Assembly (NCBI RefSeq): GCF_006345805.1
Contig: NW_021833427.1
Location: 1-64,000 of the forward strand
Length of the DNA stretch: 64,000 nucleotides
Direction: 5' to 3'
Source of the DNA: Octopus sinensis
Taxonomy: Eukaryota
Part shown: positions 1 to 13,188 of the stretch, in pieces
Layout of the letters: every line of letters starts with the position of its first letter
Position numbering within the stretch: the stretch's first letter is position 1
Translations under genes and position numbers: made by a program
The notes under the pieces: generated by a model
Databases searched by the model: none
The model's input: the letters and a program-made list of their open reading frames with translations, nothing else
What the model was told of the DNA's origin: nothing

Positions 1-29
1 AACATGTGACACGCGTAGACAAACTAAAC

Positions 30-200
30 TAACACCATGAAAATAGTAACACATAAGTAAACAAAGTAAAGTTTATTGTAAAACGTTCGCGCTCAGAGAA
101 ATATAAATTGCTTGAACTTGTCGGACGTTTCGGATGAGGGTCCTTCATCATAAAGTTTGACAGAGAAGAAAAGTAAAAGCAGAAATAATTAATAGGACAC
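30..200 (-). mobile_element. Penelope-like (PLE) terminal remnant with hammerhead-like motif
   Basis: Minus strand 150->124 reads TGATGAA-GGA-CCCTCA-TCC-GAAACGTC (core, stem II, GAAACGT), followed by CTGAGCG..CAATAAA as in the other PLE modules here. Confidence 0.55.
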
Positions 201-962
201 TTATAGATACCCTACTGTCATTCTTTATTCTCAAGACTAAATGAAAAGAAACCTCTGCCTGGTCGCTTTTGCTGCTAAATATAACAGCTTTGCCTTCATC
301 AGATTGAACATTAAAGACATATTACATCACGTGATATTGGATGTTGAGAGTTTGCAACAGCAATGTAGGATAGTCACGGCTGGAATGCATTTAATCGTAG
401 GTTTCCTCGGGTAACTCTGACGTGTGTGGGGGGGGGTGCTTTTATGTCTTCAGAAACTTGTGACCATCAGAAGAGTCTACTGATTATTGAGCTTCCACAT
501 GGTCCCTCGAACTGCTAAATATAGCAATCAAATCATCCTCAAGTAATTCCCAATCATTTCTAAAAAGAGAGGAACTATAGTTTATCTGGAACTATATTCA
601 TTTATCCAACGCCTGAAATTAAGATGAACGGCCATGACTGGAACGCTTTGATCATAGGTCGGTTTAACCTTGGCTAACTTGGAGTTAAACAACCATTGAC
701 ATAAAAAACATCCTGGATAGTGAGATGAGGGGACGAAATAGAGAGATTGTCTCAATGTAAAGAACTGCGTGTCTGACCACCTCGGATTACACAGGATAAT
801 TTTTTTACTTATTTCACAAAACATTTTTCATGGCCTTTCTCGGTCTTCTGCTAAATTTGTTTCTCCCATCTCTCAAGTGACTGCCATATTCCTAGGCTTC
901 CTTTAGGCCAACATGTAGAATTCCTATTACGGCTGTTACTACATGAGTGAGTATTCAATATG

Positions 963-1194
963 TATTTCTTTATTGCCCACAAGGGGCTAAACATAGAGAG
1001 GACAAACAAGGACAGACAAACGGATTAAGTCGATTACATCGACCCCAGTGCGAAACTGGTACTTTTATTTATCGACCCCGAAAGGATGAAAGGCAAAGTC
1101 GACCTCGGCGGAATTTGAACTCAGAACGTAACGACAGACGAAATACCGCTAAGCATTCCGCCCGGCGCACTAACGTGTCTGCCAGCTCGCCGCC
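963..1194 (-). mobile_element. SINE family B, full-length, 17-bp TSD
   Basis: tRNA-like head GGCGGCGAGCTGGCAG..GAGTTCAAATTCC, body CTTTGCCTTTCATCCTTTCGGGGTCGATAA; exact TSD AGTGAGTATTCAATATG at 946-962 and 1195-1211; more than 10 related copies in the window. Confidence 0.9.
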
Positions 1195-1919
1195 AGTGAG
1201 TATTCAATATGGTTGCCCCCCCCCCACCAGTTGGCCAACGTATGACACACCTAGTACTGTTGCTCTATGATAAAACACTAAATGTCTGAGAATGGATTCA
1301 AGGCTTCCATTCACTCAAGATAGACAGAGAACCACTCGATCAGTGGATCTAAGTTAAGCTATTCATCCAACAAACTTTAACAAGAAGCTGTACGAGAAGC
1401 TAAGCCTGCAGCTTATCAACAACAACAACAACAATATCACTAACACCAGCAGGAATAACAACAACAACAACAGCAACAACAACAACGATTCGGTGCGCTT
1501 AGGAGTTCGATTGTGCCGTATACAGCAACTCCATATTTTAACAGCTCACACCTCGCTACGAGAATCCTCTGATAAGAAGGCCAACAGCTCGTCTATATTT
1601 TATGGCGAATCCAATTGATCCAAACGAAGATAGATGGAGAATATTCCAGAGGATTTGTTAAAGAATCAGAAACAGAAGAATTATAAGACAAAGAAATGGT
1701 AGGAAGACAAAGAATTACAAGAGAGAGAAGATGGGAATAAATAAGCACTGTTCGCAAACAGGTTGTTAACTCGGAAGAATTGATATTTTGCTCCGGTTTT
1801 TGTTTTTTCCTGAGACAATAAACAAAAACGAAATTATAGCTTCCTCGAAGCATTGACATCACAAACGTCTAATTATAGTTCTATGGCACGTAGCAGCATC
1901 CATACAAACATAAAACGTA

Positions 1920-1944
1920 CAAGCACACATACATACACACACAT

Positions 1945-1998
<54 letters not shown>

Positions 1999-2127
1999 CA
2001 TATATATATACATATATATATACATACATATATATATTTATATACATATATATATATATAATATATATATGTATATATATATAGATATATACATACATAT
2101 ATATATACATATATATATATATATAAT

Positions 2128-2161
<34 letters not shown>

Positions 2162-2436
2162 ATATATATGTATATACAAAATACATATATATATATTATG
2201 TATATACATAAATACATATATATAATATATGTATATACATAAATACATATATATATACGTGTATGTATGCATTTATGCATGTGTATATATATGCATAGGT
2301 ACTCTTTATATACGGAACCCGATATCTACACACATATAAACATGTGTATATGGAAGTATACATATGTGTGTATATATCTATATCTATATATATATGTGTA
2401 TAATTATACACGCATACACACACACACACACACACT

Positions 2437-2490
<54 letters not shown>

Positions 2491-2529
2491 CATACATATA
2501 TATACATACATATATAATAGATACATAAG

Positions 2530-2567
<38 letters not shown>

Positions 2568-2807
2568 TAGATAGATAGATAGATATGCATACATGTACAT
2601 TCGGCCAAATGTACATGTATACAAATGTATATAATTAAATATATAAATTATATATTTATATACGCATTTGTGTGGGTATTTGTTTGTTTATATATATACT
2701 TTTATGTACATATACGAAGAAAGAGGGGGAGATAACTTTATTACAACTATATATTTTATAGTTTTATATATATACATATGTGTGTATAGATAAATAGAAT
2801 AGATAGA

Positions 2808-2839
<32 letters not shown>

Positions 2840-2840
2840 G
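1920..2840. repeat. Compound (CA)n/(TA)n/(GATA)n microsatellite block
   Basis: Direct reading. Confidence 0.95.
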
Positions 2841-2884
2841 GGTACAAACGAAAACAGACTGCGTACTCAAACACATGTGGAAGC

Positions 2885-3088
2885 TCTTTTACTCTTTACT
2901 CTTTTACTTGTTTCAGTCATTTGACTGCGGCCATGCTGGAGCTCCGCATTTAGTCGAGCAAATCGACCCCGGGTCTTATTCTTTGCAAGCCCAGTACTTA
3001 TTCTATCGGTCTCTTTTGCCGAACCGCTAAGTGAACACACCAGCATCGGTTGTCAAGTAATGCTAGTGGGACAAACACAGACACACAA

Positions 3089-3155
<67 letters not shown>

Positions 3156-3339
3156 TATATATAGATATAACTATACGACAGGCTTCTTTCAGTTTCCGTC
3201 TACCAAATCCACTCACAAGGCATCGGTCGGCCCGGGGCTATAGCAGAAGACACTTGCCCAAGATGCCACGCAGTGGGACTGAACCCGGAACCATGTGGTT
3301 GGTTAGCAAGCTACTTACCACACAGCCACTCCTGCGCCT
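2885..3339 (-). mobile_element. SINE family A (tRNA head, CORE-like segment, internal CA/TA microsatellite, TAAAAGAG tail)
   Basis: Minus head AGGCGCAGGAGTGGCTGTGTGG (A-box-like) ..GGGTTCAGTCC (B-box-like), then ..CTTGGGCAAGTGTCTTCT; at least 8 homologous copies in the window. Confidence 0.88.
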
Positions 3340-4164
3340 GAATATTTCTATTAAGAATATGAGATTAAGAACTGCTTTACTTTAACTTTCGCAGACATAA
3401 ATGCATTTGTTGTAGTTCGTTCTAATTAATCAATTTTGATCACGTGATGGAACCACTAATTGGATGGCCAGCCATGTATAGACAAACACGTGCTTTAAGA
3501 GGAATGTTTATGCATTTTGGCTTAAAATAAACTAACATCATTAGTTTAAGCACCGTCAACTATTTTGACATTATTTTATACATCAAATTATGTAAGAACC
3601 ATGTCCTCCAGGGAGTCTCCTGCAAGAGTTGCTTATTCATAAGAATTTCGGCAAGCCACTTCCAAGCTGTACTTTGAAACTTAGAAATCGGAGTTAGCTG
3701 GAAAATCTTTAATTCATCCGAGATATGGATTTTATGTACGGACCTGCACTTCACAGCAAAGCGAAGAAAGTGATATGTGGCTTTAGTTAGAAGCTGCTAT
3801 ATAGCTTTTTTTCTTTTCTGTTTTTTCTTTCCTTTTTGCGATCCCTTTTGATCGAAAACCTACCCCACTTTTTTTTTCTCTCCCCAAAAAGAAAAGCTCT
3901 ACTTTGTAATTTGTCCCGTCTGTGTTCAGCCCTGTTTGGCTAATTAAGAAACATATATAGCGACGGTCCTTTAAGCCCTGGATCCTACTTTCTACTGCAA
4001 AGACTGACGAAGGAGAAATGAACCGTGCTCAATCCATCATTTAATCTGGATAACTCTACGAATAGAGTCAGGAACTTATATTCCTCATCACACGTCCTTT
4101 TCCACCAACTGTAGATAAAGAATCATTTCTACTATAGGAACAAGACAAGAAATTTGGTGGGAGC

Positions 4165-4325
4165 GGGTGGGGGCAAGTTGATTACATCGACCCCAATGCA
4201 CGACTCCGATAGGAGGAAAAATAAAGTTGGTTTCGGCGGAATTTCAATTCAGAACGTGAAGACGAACGAAACGCCGCTAAGCATGTTGTCCGGCGTGCTG
4301 ACCACTCTGCCAGCTCACCACCTTC
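4165..4325 (-). mobile_element. SINE family B variant, diverged
   Basis: Homology to 963-1194 (TCGGCGGAATTTCAATTCAGAACG, CGCTAAGCAT, CTGCCAGCTC). Confidence 0.75.
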
Positions 4326-5171
4326 CAACCATAGGTTAAATATTACAAGCTTTTTAATAATGTTGAGATTGGATTCTCCTGACTGAACAACATCGCTTCC
4401 AGCAAAAAATGCTGTTACTATACCAAACACCGATCTGTAACTACTGAAATGATTGCAATTGTCCACTGACGAGATTCTTCTTTTCCAATGCAATAGTTTA
4501 TAGGATGATCCTCGCTCCGCCAAACCTATTTAGTTCCTGAAGAACTAAACAGGTGTCCCAGACAATGATTTTTCAAGAGAACTTTCAGTTTGTGCCTCAG
4601 ATCAAAAATTAGTGAAAACTCCCCTATTCTCTTGTATCTTATCTGAAGACTTAAAAACCAGGAAAATTATCTGCCCAACATAATATTGAGTATATTCAAC
4701 AAGGTACTGCTTTTTTCACTCGGAGCGCGTTACTGCCGCCAATGTCTCACTGAGTTACCATACATACATTACAACATCGTCTTGTATTTTTTTAACAACG
4801 AAATTGATTTTGCACACAACTGTCACTTACGGAGCTTCATATAAACTAATTCGAAGCCATAAGTTAGCAATGATTCGTGATTTCTTGTACTGAATCTATA
4901 CTTAAACTTCAAAGGAATTTCTAATGAAGGTAAGAGTCATAACTGTGACCTATTGCGTTTATATCTCGCTCCATTCAGGAATCATTAATTTAATATCCAA
5001 CAACAGTTACAAATCCTACTAGCCGTCTAGTTGGTCACTAACAACAGGTACAATCTCGTGACCCGCAGTAAATAATAATAAGAACGAAATTTACACGTTA
5101 CCCAATGAAAATCAACCTTCTTTGGAACTCGTAGCTGTCTGTTCTACCACTTCGATCGAGAGCTTCTAAAG

Positions 5172-5528
5172 CAGTGGTTCTGGTCCTGGTTCTACATGGC
5201 CCCTGAGGGCCCATGTAAGATTTGGTAGTGGTGGGGTTCCACACAACAAAATAGTAAATTGGGAATTCACAATAATATTTCAAGGGCCCCTGAAAATATT
5301 TTGTTTAAGGTATATGTATTGGTATATATTGCATGAAACAGCTGGGTTTCTCTAACATTTTACATAGCTTAACCTATACTAGTTAATGTGCGAAAAAACA
5401 AAATAAGAAATTTAAAAGAAGTTTCTATAAAATTGGTTTTTAAACATTGAATAGCTACGGGGTCCAAGAGAATGAAATAGAAATCGATGGGGTCCATAGA
5501 TAAAAATAAAATTGGTTGAGAACCCCTG
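5172..5528. mobile_element. hAT (Charlie-like) non-autonomous MITE
   Basis: Termini CAGTGGTTCT.. and ..GGTTGAGAACCCCTG (imperfect TIR); 8-bp flanks TTCTAAAG / TTCTTTAG (6/8 match) resembling the NTCTAGAN hAT target. Confidence 0.75.
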
Positions 5529-5614
5529 TTCTTTAGAAGAAGACATGTTTTTATGCCTGTAGAACTTTGAGGAAAGGAGATTTAAATAACAAACCGTTAA
5601 GTATATGCTTAGAC

Positions 5615-6041
5615 AGATATGTATGTATGTATGTATGTCTGTATGTATGTATGTATGTATGTATATATGTGTACTTGTCTGTGTGCGCATGTACATGTGC
5701 GTATATAAAAACAAAATTATACATACATACACACATACATGCATACATACATGCATACATACATACATACACACATACATACATACACACATACATACAT
5801 ACTTACATACATACATACACACACACATACATACATACATACATACATACATACATACATACAAAGATAACATAAAAACTTAACAAAATGGCCGCTGAGC
5901 AGGTTGCCTCTGAAAATATACTTTTAATCGACAATCGTAAACAAAGAAGTGCACACACGCAAACTCACACGCATACTTACACACGCACAAACACTCGTGA
6001 ATAAACACACACATATCAAAAAGCAAAAACAAATACACACT

Positions 6042-6083
<42 letters not shown>

Positions 6084-6200
6084 ACACACACACACACATA
6101 TATATATATATAATATATATATATATATATACATAAACTTACATACATCCAACCATACACATTAACGTGCATATACAAGCATTCATACACACACACACAC
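5615..6200. repeat. (TATG)n/(CATA)n/(CA)n/(TA)n microsatellites
   Basis: Direct reading. Confidence 0.9.
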
Positions 6201-6416
6201 ACATAAATTGTAGTTAATTCCGTAATAAAACGAAGATAAATATCATCTCCGTCTTGAAGTAGACCCTCGGCTCCTATCCTCCACCTAGCCACCCACAGTT
6301 TGACATCACCCAGGACAAGATTTTTATAGGATTTTGTGAAATATGTCAGATTTCCATGATGTATTGCAATTTCAATTTGCAACGTTTGCTGTTTCATTTA
6401 CATCGACACACGAAAT

Positions 6417-6462
<46 letters not shown>

Positions 6463-6539
6463 CATACACACACACAAACATACATATACATATTCATATA
6501 TATTTATATATATGAATCAATCTATATATACATATAAAC

Positions 6540-6574
<35 letters not shown>

Positions 6575-6638
6575 ATTTATACATAAATACATACATACAT
6601 AAATACATACATACATACATACATACATACATACATAC

Positions 6639-6845
6639 AACCGCGTGTGTACCGTTGGCGATTTTTTTCTTCTTCTGTCTTCCCTTCTTTGGATCTTTCC
6701 TTCTCCTTTGTATCCGACGAAGAGCTCCGCTCGAAACGTTAAACCCTCATTCTTTCCTTCTCTCCTGAGCGTCCAATAATACTATATTTGTTCCACGTCC
6801 TCGCGTTGTTGTGTTTTTTGTGCTTTCATGTTTGGATTAACTTTA
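6639..6845 (+). mobile_element. PLE-derived non-autonomous module D (left arm)
   Basis: CCGACGA-A-GAGC-TCC-GCTC-GAAACGTT at 6714-6740; another copy at 32560-32748. Confidence 0.65.
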
Positions 6846-7018
6846 TATATATACATGCATACATACATACATACATACATACAACATACACACACCACAC
6901 ATACATACATACATACATACATACATACATACATACTACATACATACATACATACATACACCAACACACATACATACATACATACATACATACATAAATA
7001 CATACATACATACATACA

Positions 7019-7050
<32 letters not shown>

Positions 7051-7076
7051 CATACAACATACATACACACACACAC

Positions 7077-7109
<33 letters not shown>

Positions 7110-7115
7110 CATACA

Positions 7116-7148
<33 letters not shown>

Positions 7149-7173
7149 TATACATACATACATACATACATAC

Positions 7174-7330
7174 ACGTATTGCCCGAAATGTGAGTAGATA
7201 AACAACCAACTGACAACTGATGAGCAGCGTTCTCTATGTTACTGTGTCTGTTTCCCATTTCTTTCTCTCGATGTTCGCAAAAAAGTTTGTTTTCGTATTC
7301 GTGTTGTTTCGTTTTATGACGTCCTGTACA
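7174..7330 (+). mobile_element. Second PLE-like module D2 (left arm; mirror copy at 7975-8131)
   Basis: GCCCGAAATGT..CTGATGAG motifs and a T-rich tail resembling the module at 42480-42700. Confidence 0.45.
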
Positions 7331-7339
7331 CATATATGC

Positions 7340-7392
<53 letters not shown>

Positions 7393-7432
7393 CTACACAT
7401 ATATGTCAGTATATATGCCTATACATATATAT

Positions 7433-7464
<32 letters not shown>

Positions 7465-7832
7465 ATGCAGCATATACGTTATATATTACATAATGTCGTG
7501 TATATTCTAAATGTATATGTACATATATGCATATGCTTTATATAAATACATACATATATGTGTAAATATGTGCCTATATGTGTGCATATATATATATGTA
7601 TGTGTATGAGTGTGTATATATATATAGTTTATATGTATATACACACTCATACACATACATATATATGTATGTGTATATATTATATATATATGTACATACA
7701 TATATATATATATGCACACATATAGGCACATATTTACACATATATGTATGTATTTATATAAAGCATATGCATATATGTACATATACATTTAGAATATACA
7801 CGACATTATGTAATATATAACGTATATGCTGC

Positions 7833-7872
<40 letters not shown>

Positions 7873-7913
7873 ATATATATGTATAGGCATATATACTGAC
7901 ATATATGTGTATG

Positions 7914-7966
<53 letters not shown>

Positions 7967-8153
7967 GCATATATGTGTACAGGACGTCATAAAACGTAAA
8001 CAACACGAAATACGAAAACAAACTTTTTTGCGAACATCGAGAGAAAGAAATGGGAAACAAGACAAGTAACATAGAGAACGCTGCTTCATCAGTTGTCGGT
8101 TGTTTATCTACTCCACATTTCGGGCAATACGTGTATGTATGTATGTATGTATG

Positions 8154-8186
<33 letters not shown>

Positions 8187-8255
8187 GTGTGTGTATGTAT
8201 GTATGTATGTATGTATGTATGTATGTATGTATGTATGTATGTATGTATGTATGTA

Positions 8256-8286
<31 letters not shown>

Positions 8287-8314
8287 ATGTATGTATGTAT
8301 GCATGTATATATAT

Positions 8315-8519
8315 AAAGTTAATCCAAACATGAAAGCACAAAAAACACAACAACGCGAAGACGTGGAACAAATATAGTATTATTGGACGCTCAGGAGAGA
8401 AGGAAAGAATGAGGGTTTAACGTTTCGAGCGGAGCTCTTCGTCGGATACAAAGGAGAAGGAAAGATCCAAAGAAGGGAAGACAGAAGAAGAAAAAAATCG
8501 CCAACGGTACACACGCGGT
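8315..8519 (-). mobile_element. PLE-derived module D (right arm)
   Basis: Reverse complement of 6639-6845; motif at 8418-8445. Confidence 0.65.
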
Positions 8520-8611
8520 ATGTATGTATGTATGTATGTATGTATGTATGTATGTATGTATGTATGTATGTATGTATGTATGTATTTATGTATGTATGTA
8601 TTTATGTATCA

Positions 8612-8661
<50 letters not shown>

Positions 8662-9324
8662 GTATACATACATATTTATATAAGTCTGTGTGTGTATGTA
8701 TGATATATGTACACACATATGTGTGCACGCATGTGTATGTACATACATACATACATACATACATACATACATACATACATACATACATTCATACATATAT
8801 ACAAACATACATACATACATACCTATATGTACTGCGATTATGTAGCTACTAACAGTACAAAGCCGTGCAGACTTTAGTTAGATGACTTTAACTACAATAG
8901 AAACTACAAAATACTGCAGGCGACCAAGGCTCTCGCAACGATGCTCAGTTGTGCGATGTTATATGGCACGTTATAAAAATAGGATTATTGAAATTATAGT
9001 AATGATAAAACTAATTTAATTATTAATTAGCCATTTCACAGATCACATGATTAGTTATTAGTGTTGGTCTTTAATTGTTAATTAACCATTTCATGGATCT
9101 CGGAATCACTGATTAATGTTGGCTATTGCGAGGCAAGTGCTGCCTTGGTTAAATATATCTTTATTTGCTAAGATTCCATTTGGCTTTCGCTCTGGATCAA
9201 ACGATACACGTTGATTGAACAGCGTCAGCGAACCTGTTTGTTTATCCTTTTAACCTAATGAAGAAGCCTCTGATATTAATAGCAGCTAAACCTCCCTCAA
9301 TATTCACCATAAAATGACAGAATA

Positions 9325-9684
9325 TGTCGGCGCCGGGCAAAATGTTTAGCGGTATTTCGTTCGTTGATTCGCTCTGAGTTCAAATTTCACCGAGGTCGAC
9401 TTTGCCTTTCGTCCTTTCGGGGTCGATAAAATAAATACCAGTTCGAGTACTGGAGATCAATGTAATCGATAATCCACCTCCCACCACCAAATTTCAGGCT
9501 TTGTGCCTATAGTAGAAAGGATTATTAATGCTGTTCTGTAAAGGCGGCGAGCTGGCAGAATCGTTAGCCCGCCGGACAAAATGCTTCGTGACATTTCGTC
9601 CGTCTTTATGTACTGAATTCAAAAACCCCGCCGAGGTGATCGACTGGCCCCTTGCCCACAAAATCTAGGCCTTGTTGTTGTTGT

Positions 9685-9731
<47 letters not shown>

Positions 9732-9749
9732 TTATTATTATTATTATTA

Positions 9750-9785
<36 letters not shown>

Positions 9786-9927
9786 GAGTTCAAATTCCGC
9801 CGAGGTCGACTTTACCTTTCATCCTTTCGGGATCGACAAAATAAGTACCCGTTGAACTATGGGGTCAATGTATTCGACTTATCATGCCCTTGTGGCAAAA
9901 TTTGAAACCATTATTATTATTATTATA

Positions 9928-9968
<41 letters not shown>

Positions 9969-10145
9969 GAAGGCGGCGAGCTGGCAGAATCGCTAGAACC
10001 CTGGACGAAATGCTTAGCAGTATTTCGCCCGACGCTACGTTCTGAGTTCAAATTCCGCCGAGGTCGTCTTTGCCTTTCATCTTTTCGGAGTCGATAAATT
10101 AAGGACCAGTGATTTAATCGACTAGTTCCCTCCCCCAAAATTCAC
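9325..10145 (+). mobile_element. Cluster of four SINE-B copies or fragments interleaved with (TAC)n/(ATT)n
   Basis: GAGTTCAAATT..CCGAGGTCGACTTT or GGCGGCGAGCTGGCAGAATCG motifs near 9375, 9541, 9786 and 9971. Confidence 0.85.
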
Positions 10146-10439
10146 TGCGAAAATGCACTTCTTAGTACATATGCCTCTCATGCACTACTTGGATCGATGG
10201 TATCGACTCTGCCCCTCCCCTCAAAATGGCTTGCCCTCCGGCCTCGATCAGAAACCGGTGTCGCGGCTGTTATTGTTGCTGTTGTTGTTGCTGTTACTTC
10301 TACTCGGTAATTAAGGTTGACTTGTGACTCCCTAACCCCACAATGGTCCCACAACTGAGTGGATAATAATCCAGATCGATCCCAAATTACAGAAGTTGAC
10401 CAGATATAACATCCAGCGTGAAAGAATGTTTGACGGTAT

Positions 10440-11039
10440 CCACAAAAGAGGGGGAGAGAAGGAGAGGGAGAGTAAGGGATACAGAAGAGGAGATAGAGAT
10501 GAGAAGAGAGAGAGGGGGAGAGAGAGGAGAGATACAGAGGGAGGATGAGAGGTGTAGAGAGTGTGGAGGAGAGATACAGAGAGAGAAGGGAGATAGGAGG
10601 GGAAGAGATACAGAGAGAGGAGGAGGAAATATATAAAGAGAGGAGGATGGGAGATACTGAGAGAGGAGGAGGGGAGATACAGAGAGAGGAGGAAGAGGAA
10701 TACAAAGACAGATAGGAGAAGAGATACAGAGAGAGAGGGGGGGAAAGGGATACAGAGAGAAAGAGAGAGAGGAAGAGGGATACAGAGAGAGGAGGGGAGA
10801 TACAAAGAGAGTGAGAGATAGCGGAGGAGGGAGAAAGAGAGATAGAGAGGGGGAGAACAGGAAGAGAGAGAGCGAGAGACAGAGAGATCGAGGGAGAGAG
10901 AGAGAGGAGCAGAGATAGGGAGAAACAGAAAAGAGGGCTAAACTGAAAAGGAGAGAGAGAGAGAGGGAGAGAGGGAGAGAGAGAGAGAGAGAGGGGTAGA
11001 GATAGGGAGAAACAGAAAAGAGGGCTAAACGGAAAAGGA

Positions 11040-11090
<51 letters not shown>

Positions 11091-11170
11091 CAATATCAGA
11101 TAGGGAGACAGACAAAGGGCGAGAGAGAGAGAGAGAGAAAGTAAGATGGAGAAAAAGAAAGACAGAGAGA
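10440..11170. repeat. Purine-rich GA minisatellite (GGAGATACAGAGAGAG-like units)
   Basis: Direct reading; a ~45-bp internal duplication near 10911 and 10998. Confidence 0.85.
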
Positions 11171-11534
11171 AAAATTGTAAGTAAACATCATTTCTAAAAT
11201 TATGTCTGCAAAATTGAAGGAATATTGATTTTACTGGTCGATATTTATAAACTATTTTCACACTGAGAAGACATTTTATTCCAGATATAAACGCCGCCAC
11301 AGAAAAATTCTTCCATGGCTGCAATGGGAAACGTTTCAGCAATCGTTATTGCTGGCTGCTGCAGCAAGAGACCGCGTTCTGCGTCGAGAAACTGTTTTAT
11401 TTCTCATCTAAACCTCTTAAAAATCTTTATCAACGAAAGAGAAGGTAAAAGAAAGTTGCTTTCCAAAACCAATAAATTAACATAGTATCGATGAAGATCG
11501 ATATAATTTAAGGCCAGTAGCGAACTGAGAGAAT

Positions 11535-11586
11535 ACATACGTACATATATGCATACATACATACATGGATACATACATACATACAC

Positions 11587-11636
<50 letters not shown>

Positions 11637-12045
11637 CATATATACATACATACATGCATACATACACACATACATACATGCATACATGCATACATACATA
11701 CATATATACATACATACATGCATACACACACACATACATACATGCATATATACATACATACAAACAAACATATATACGTACATGTATACATAGATACAAA
11801 CATATATACATACTTGTATACATGCTTACATACATATATATATATATGCATACATACATACAAACATACATGTATACATATATACATACATAGAAACATA
11901 CATACACACACATACATACATACATACATTCATACATACACACCCACATACATACATACATACATACATAAATACACACACACATCCATACATACATACA
12001 TATACAAATACATACACACACACATACATTCATCCATACACATGT
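11535..12045. repeat. (CATA)n/(TA)n microsatellite block
   Basis: Direct reading. Confidence 0.9.
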
Positions 12046-13056
12046 CTGTGTGTCTATGTGATGTTTGTTTCAGTTTGGCCTCTTCAAAGAACTCACTCAC
12101 AGACGTACAATCAAAGAACTTTCTATGTATTTTTATTGGTTCCAAAGTTGGAATTAAAGATCGCGAGGAAATCGTCGTCTGTAGTTGCTCTATATTTATC
12201 GCTTTAATTAATTTTAATTAGGTAAAGTCATTAACTGGCACTGCAGAACTATCATTAGTTAACTCTGTCACCGTTTGACAGTTATTGCAAAGCATCATCG
12301 AAGCTATTACTCCGAAAGAAACATAATCAAAGAAAGAATTAGATGACAAGTTTCTCAAAGAATATTTTGGTTCTATTTTATTTCTACCAAACGGATACAA
12401 AGTTGTTTAGGAAATGGCTTCGAGAAACTCAGGAATTAAATAATAATTTGATTGCTTTGCCCTCAAATATAAGACAAAACACCGCGTGTTCAGGATTTAC
12501 AGTTGAACGAGTTCGAGTGGGGTTGAACGATCGAAAATAGTTCAGTGATCTTAAAGGGTGAAAGGTCACAACACTCAAGTCATAAAGCATTATATGTTAA
12601 CCTGAGTAATAGCGGCCCCTCGAGGTTGAGCTCACAAGGTGGGATGGAGAAGATTAAAGGGCGGTGGGGTTGCTTTGGTGTTGAGAGACAGTCGTGATTT
12701 TCATAAAAATATAATTGTTAACCACGGTACGATACATTTATGTTACAAACATTTTAAAACCGACTTCTTACTGGGATTAAATTATGATAGCATTTTATTA
12801 TGAGTGAGATGATTAATTACTGATGATGTTCCAAGGTCCAGTATAATTTCATTATATAATTGGGACATTGTGTTATGAGTGAGCAGATTAATGACAGATA
12901 ATGTTCTAAGATCCGATGTAAGTTCAAAAAGCGTACGATACGACGACAACTTACCCTGGGGCCATGAAGTCACGGGCACCCTCTTCCGTTCCACATCATC
13001 CAAATAAACCCCTTGCCACATTCTGGGTCGCCCTAAATATCACTGAGAAGTACGTT

Positions 13057-13089
<33 letters not shown>

Positions 13090-13094
<5 letters not shown>

Positions 13095-13188
13095 TACTCA
13101 GCTACTTGCGTGCTTAAAATTTCACGAAGACTGTTCCTTTGACCGGATCAACTTGGAACCCGCGTCGTCGTAACCGACGGAGGGCCAA
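13090..13188 (+). mobile_element. SINE-C1 3' fragment
   Basis: GGATCAACTTGGAACCCGCGTCGTCGTAACCGACGGAG matches the end of 23231-23605. Confidence 0.7.

Larger units (their letters stand above)
6541..8662. repeat. ~2.1 kb near-perfect inverted repeat (fold-back), centre ~7628
   Basis: 6639-6845 is the reverse complement of 8315-8519; 7174-7330 of 7975-8131; 7330-7620 of ~7635-7975; the outer microsatellites also mirror. Confidence 0.92.

Noticed and set aside
700-920. Possible CR1-type RT remnant on minus (ILHVGLK..PHL)
   Set aside because: Only a few residues match, across frameshifts, and adjacent apparent support is explained by repeat family J.
1590-1760. Possible RTE tail peptide (IDGEYSRG)
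   Set aside because: Similarity too weak to support.
5924-6397. Minus ORF with a natural-looking N-terminal half (..LGDVKLWVARWRIGAEG..)
   Set aside because: No credible acceptor or donor, it runs into microsatellite, and no homology was recognised.
12798-12925. Two diverged ~55-bp copies at 75-bp spacing
   Set aside because: An ordinary small tandem duplication with no further structure.
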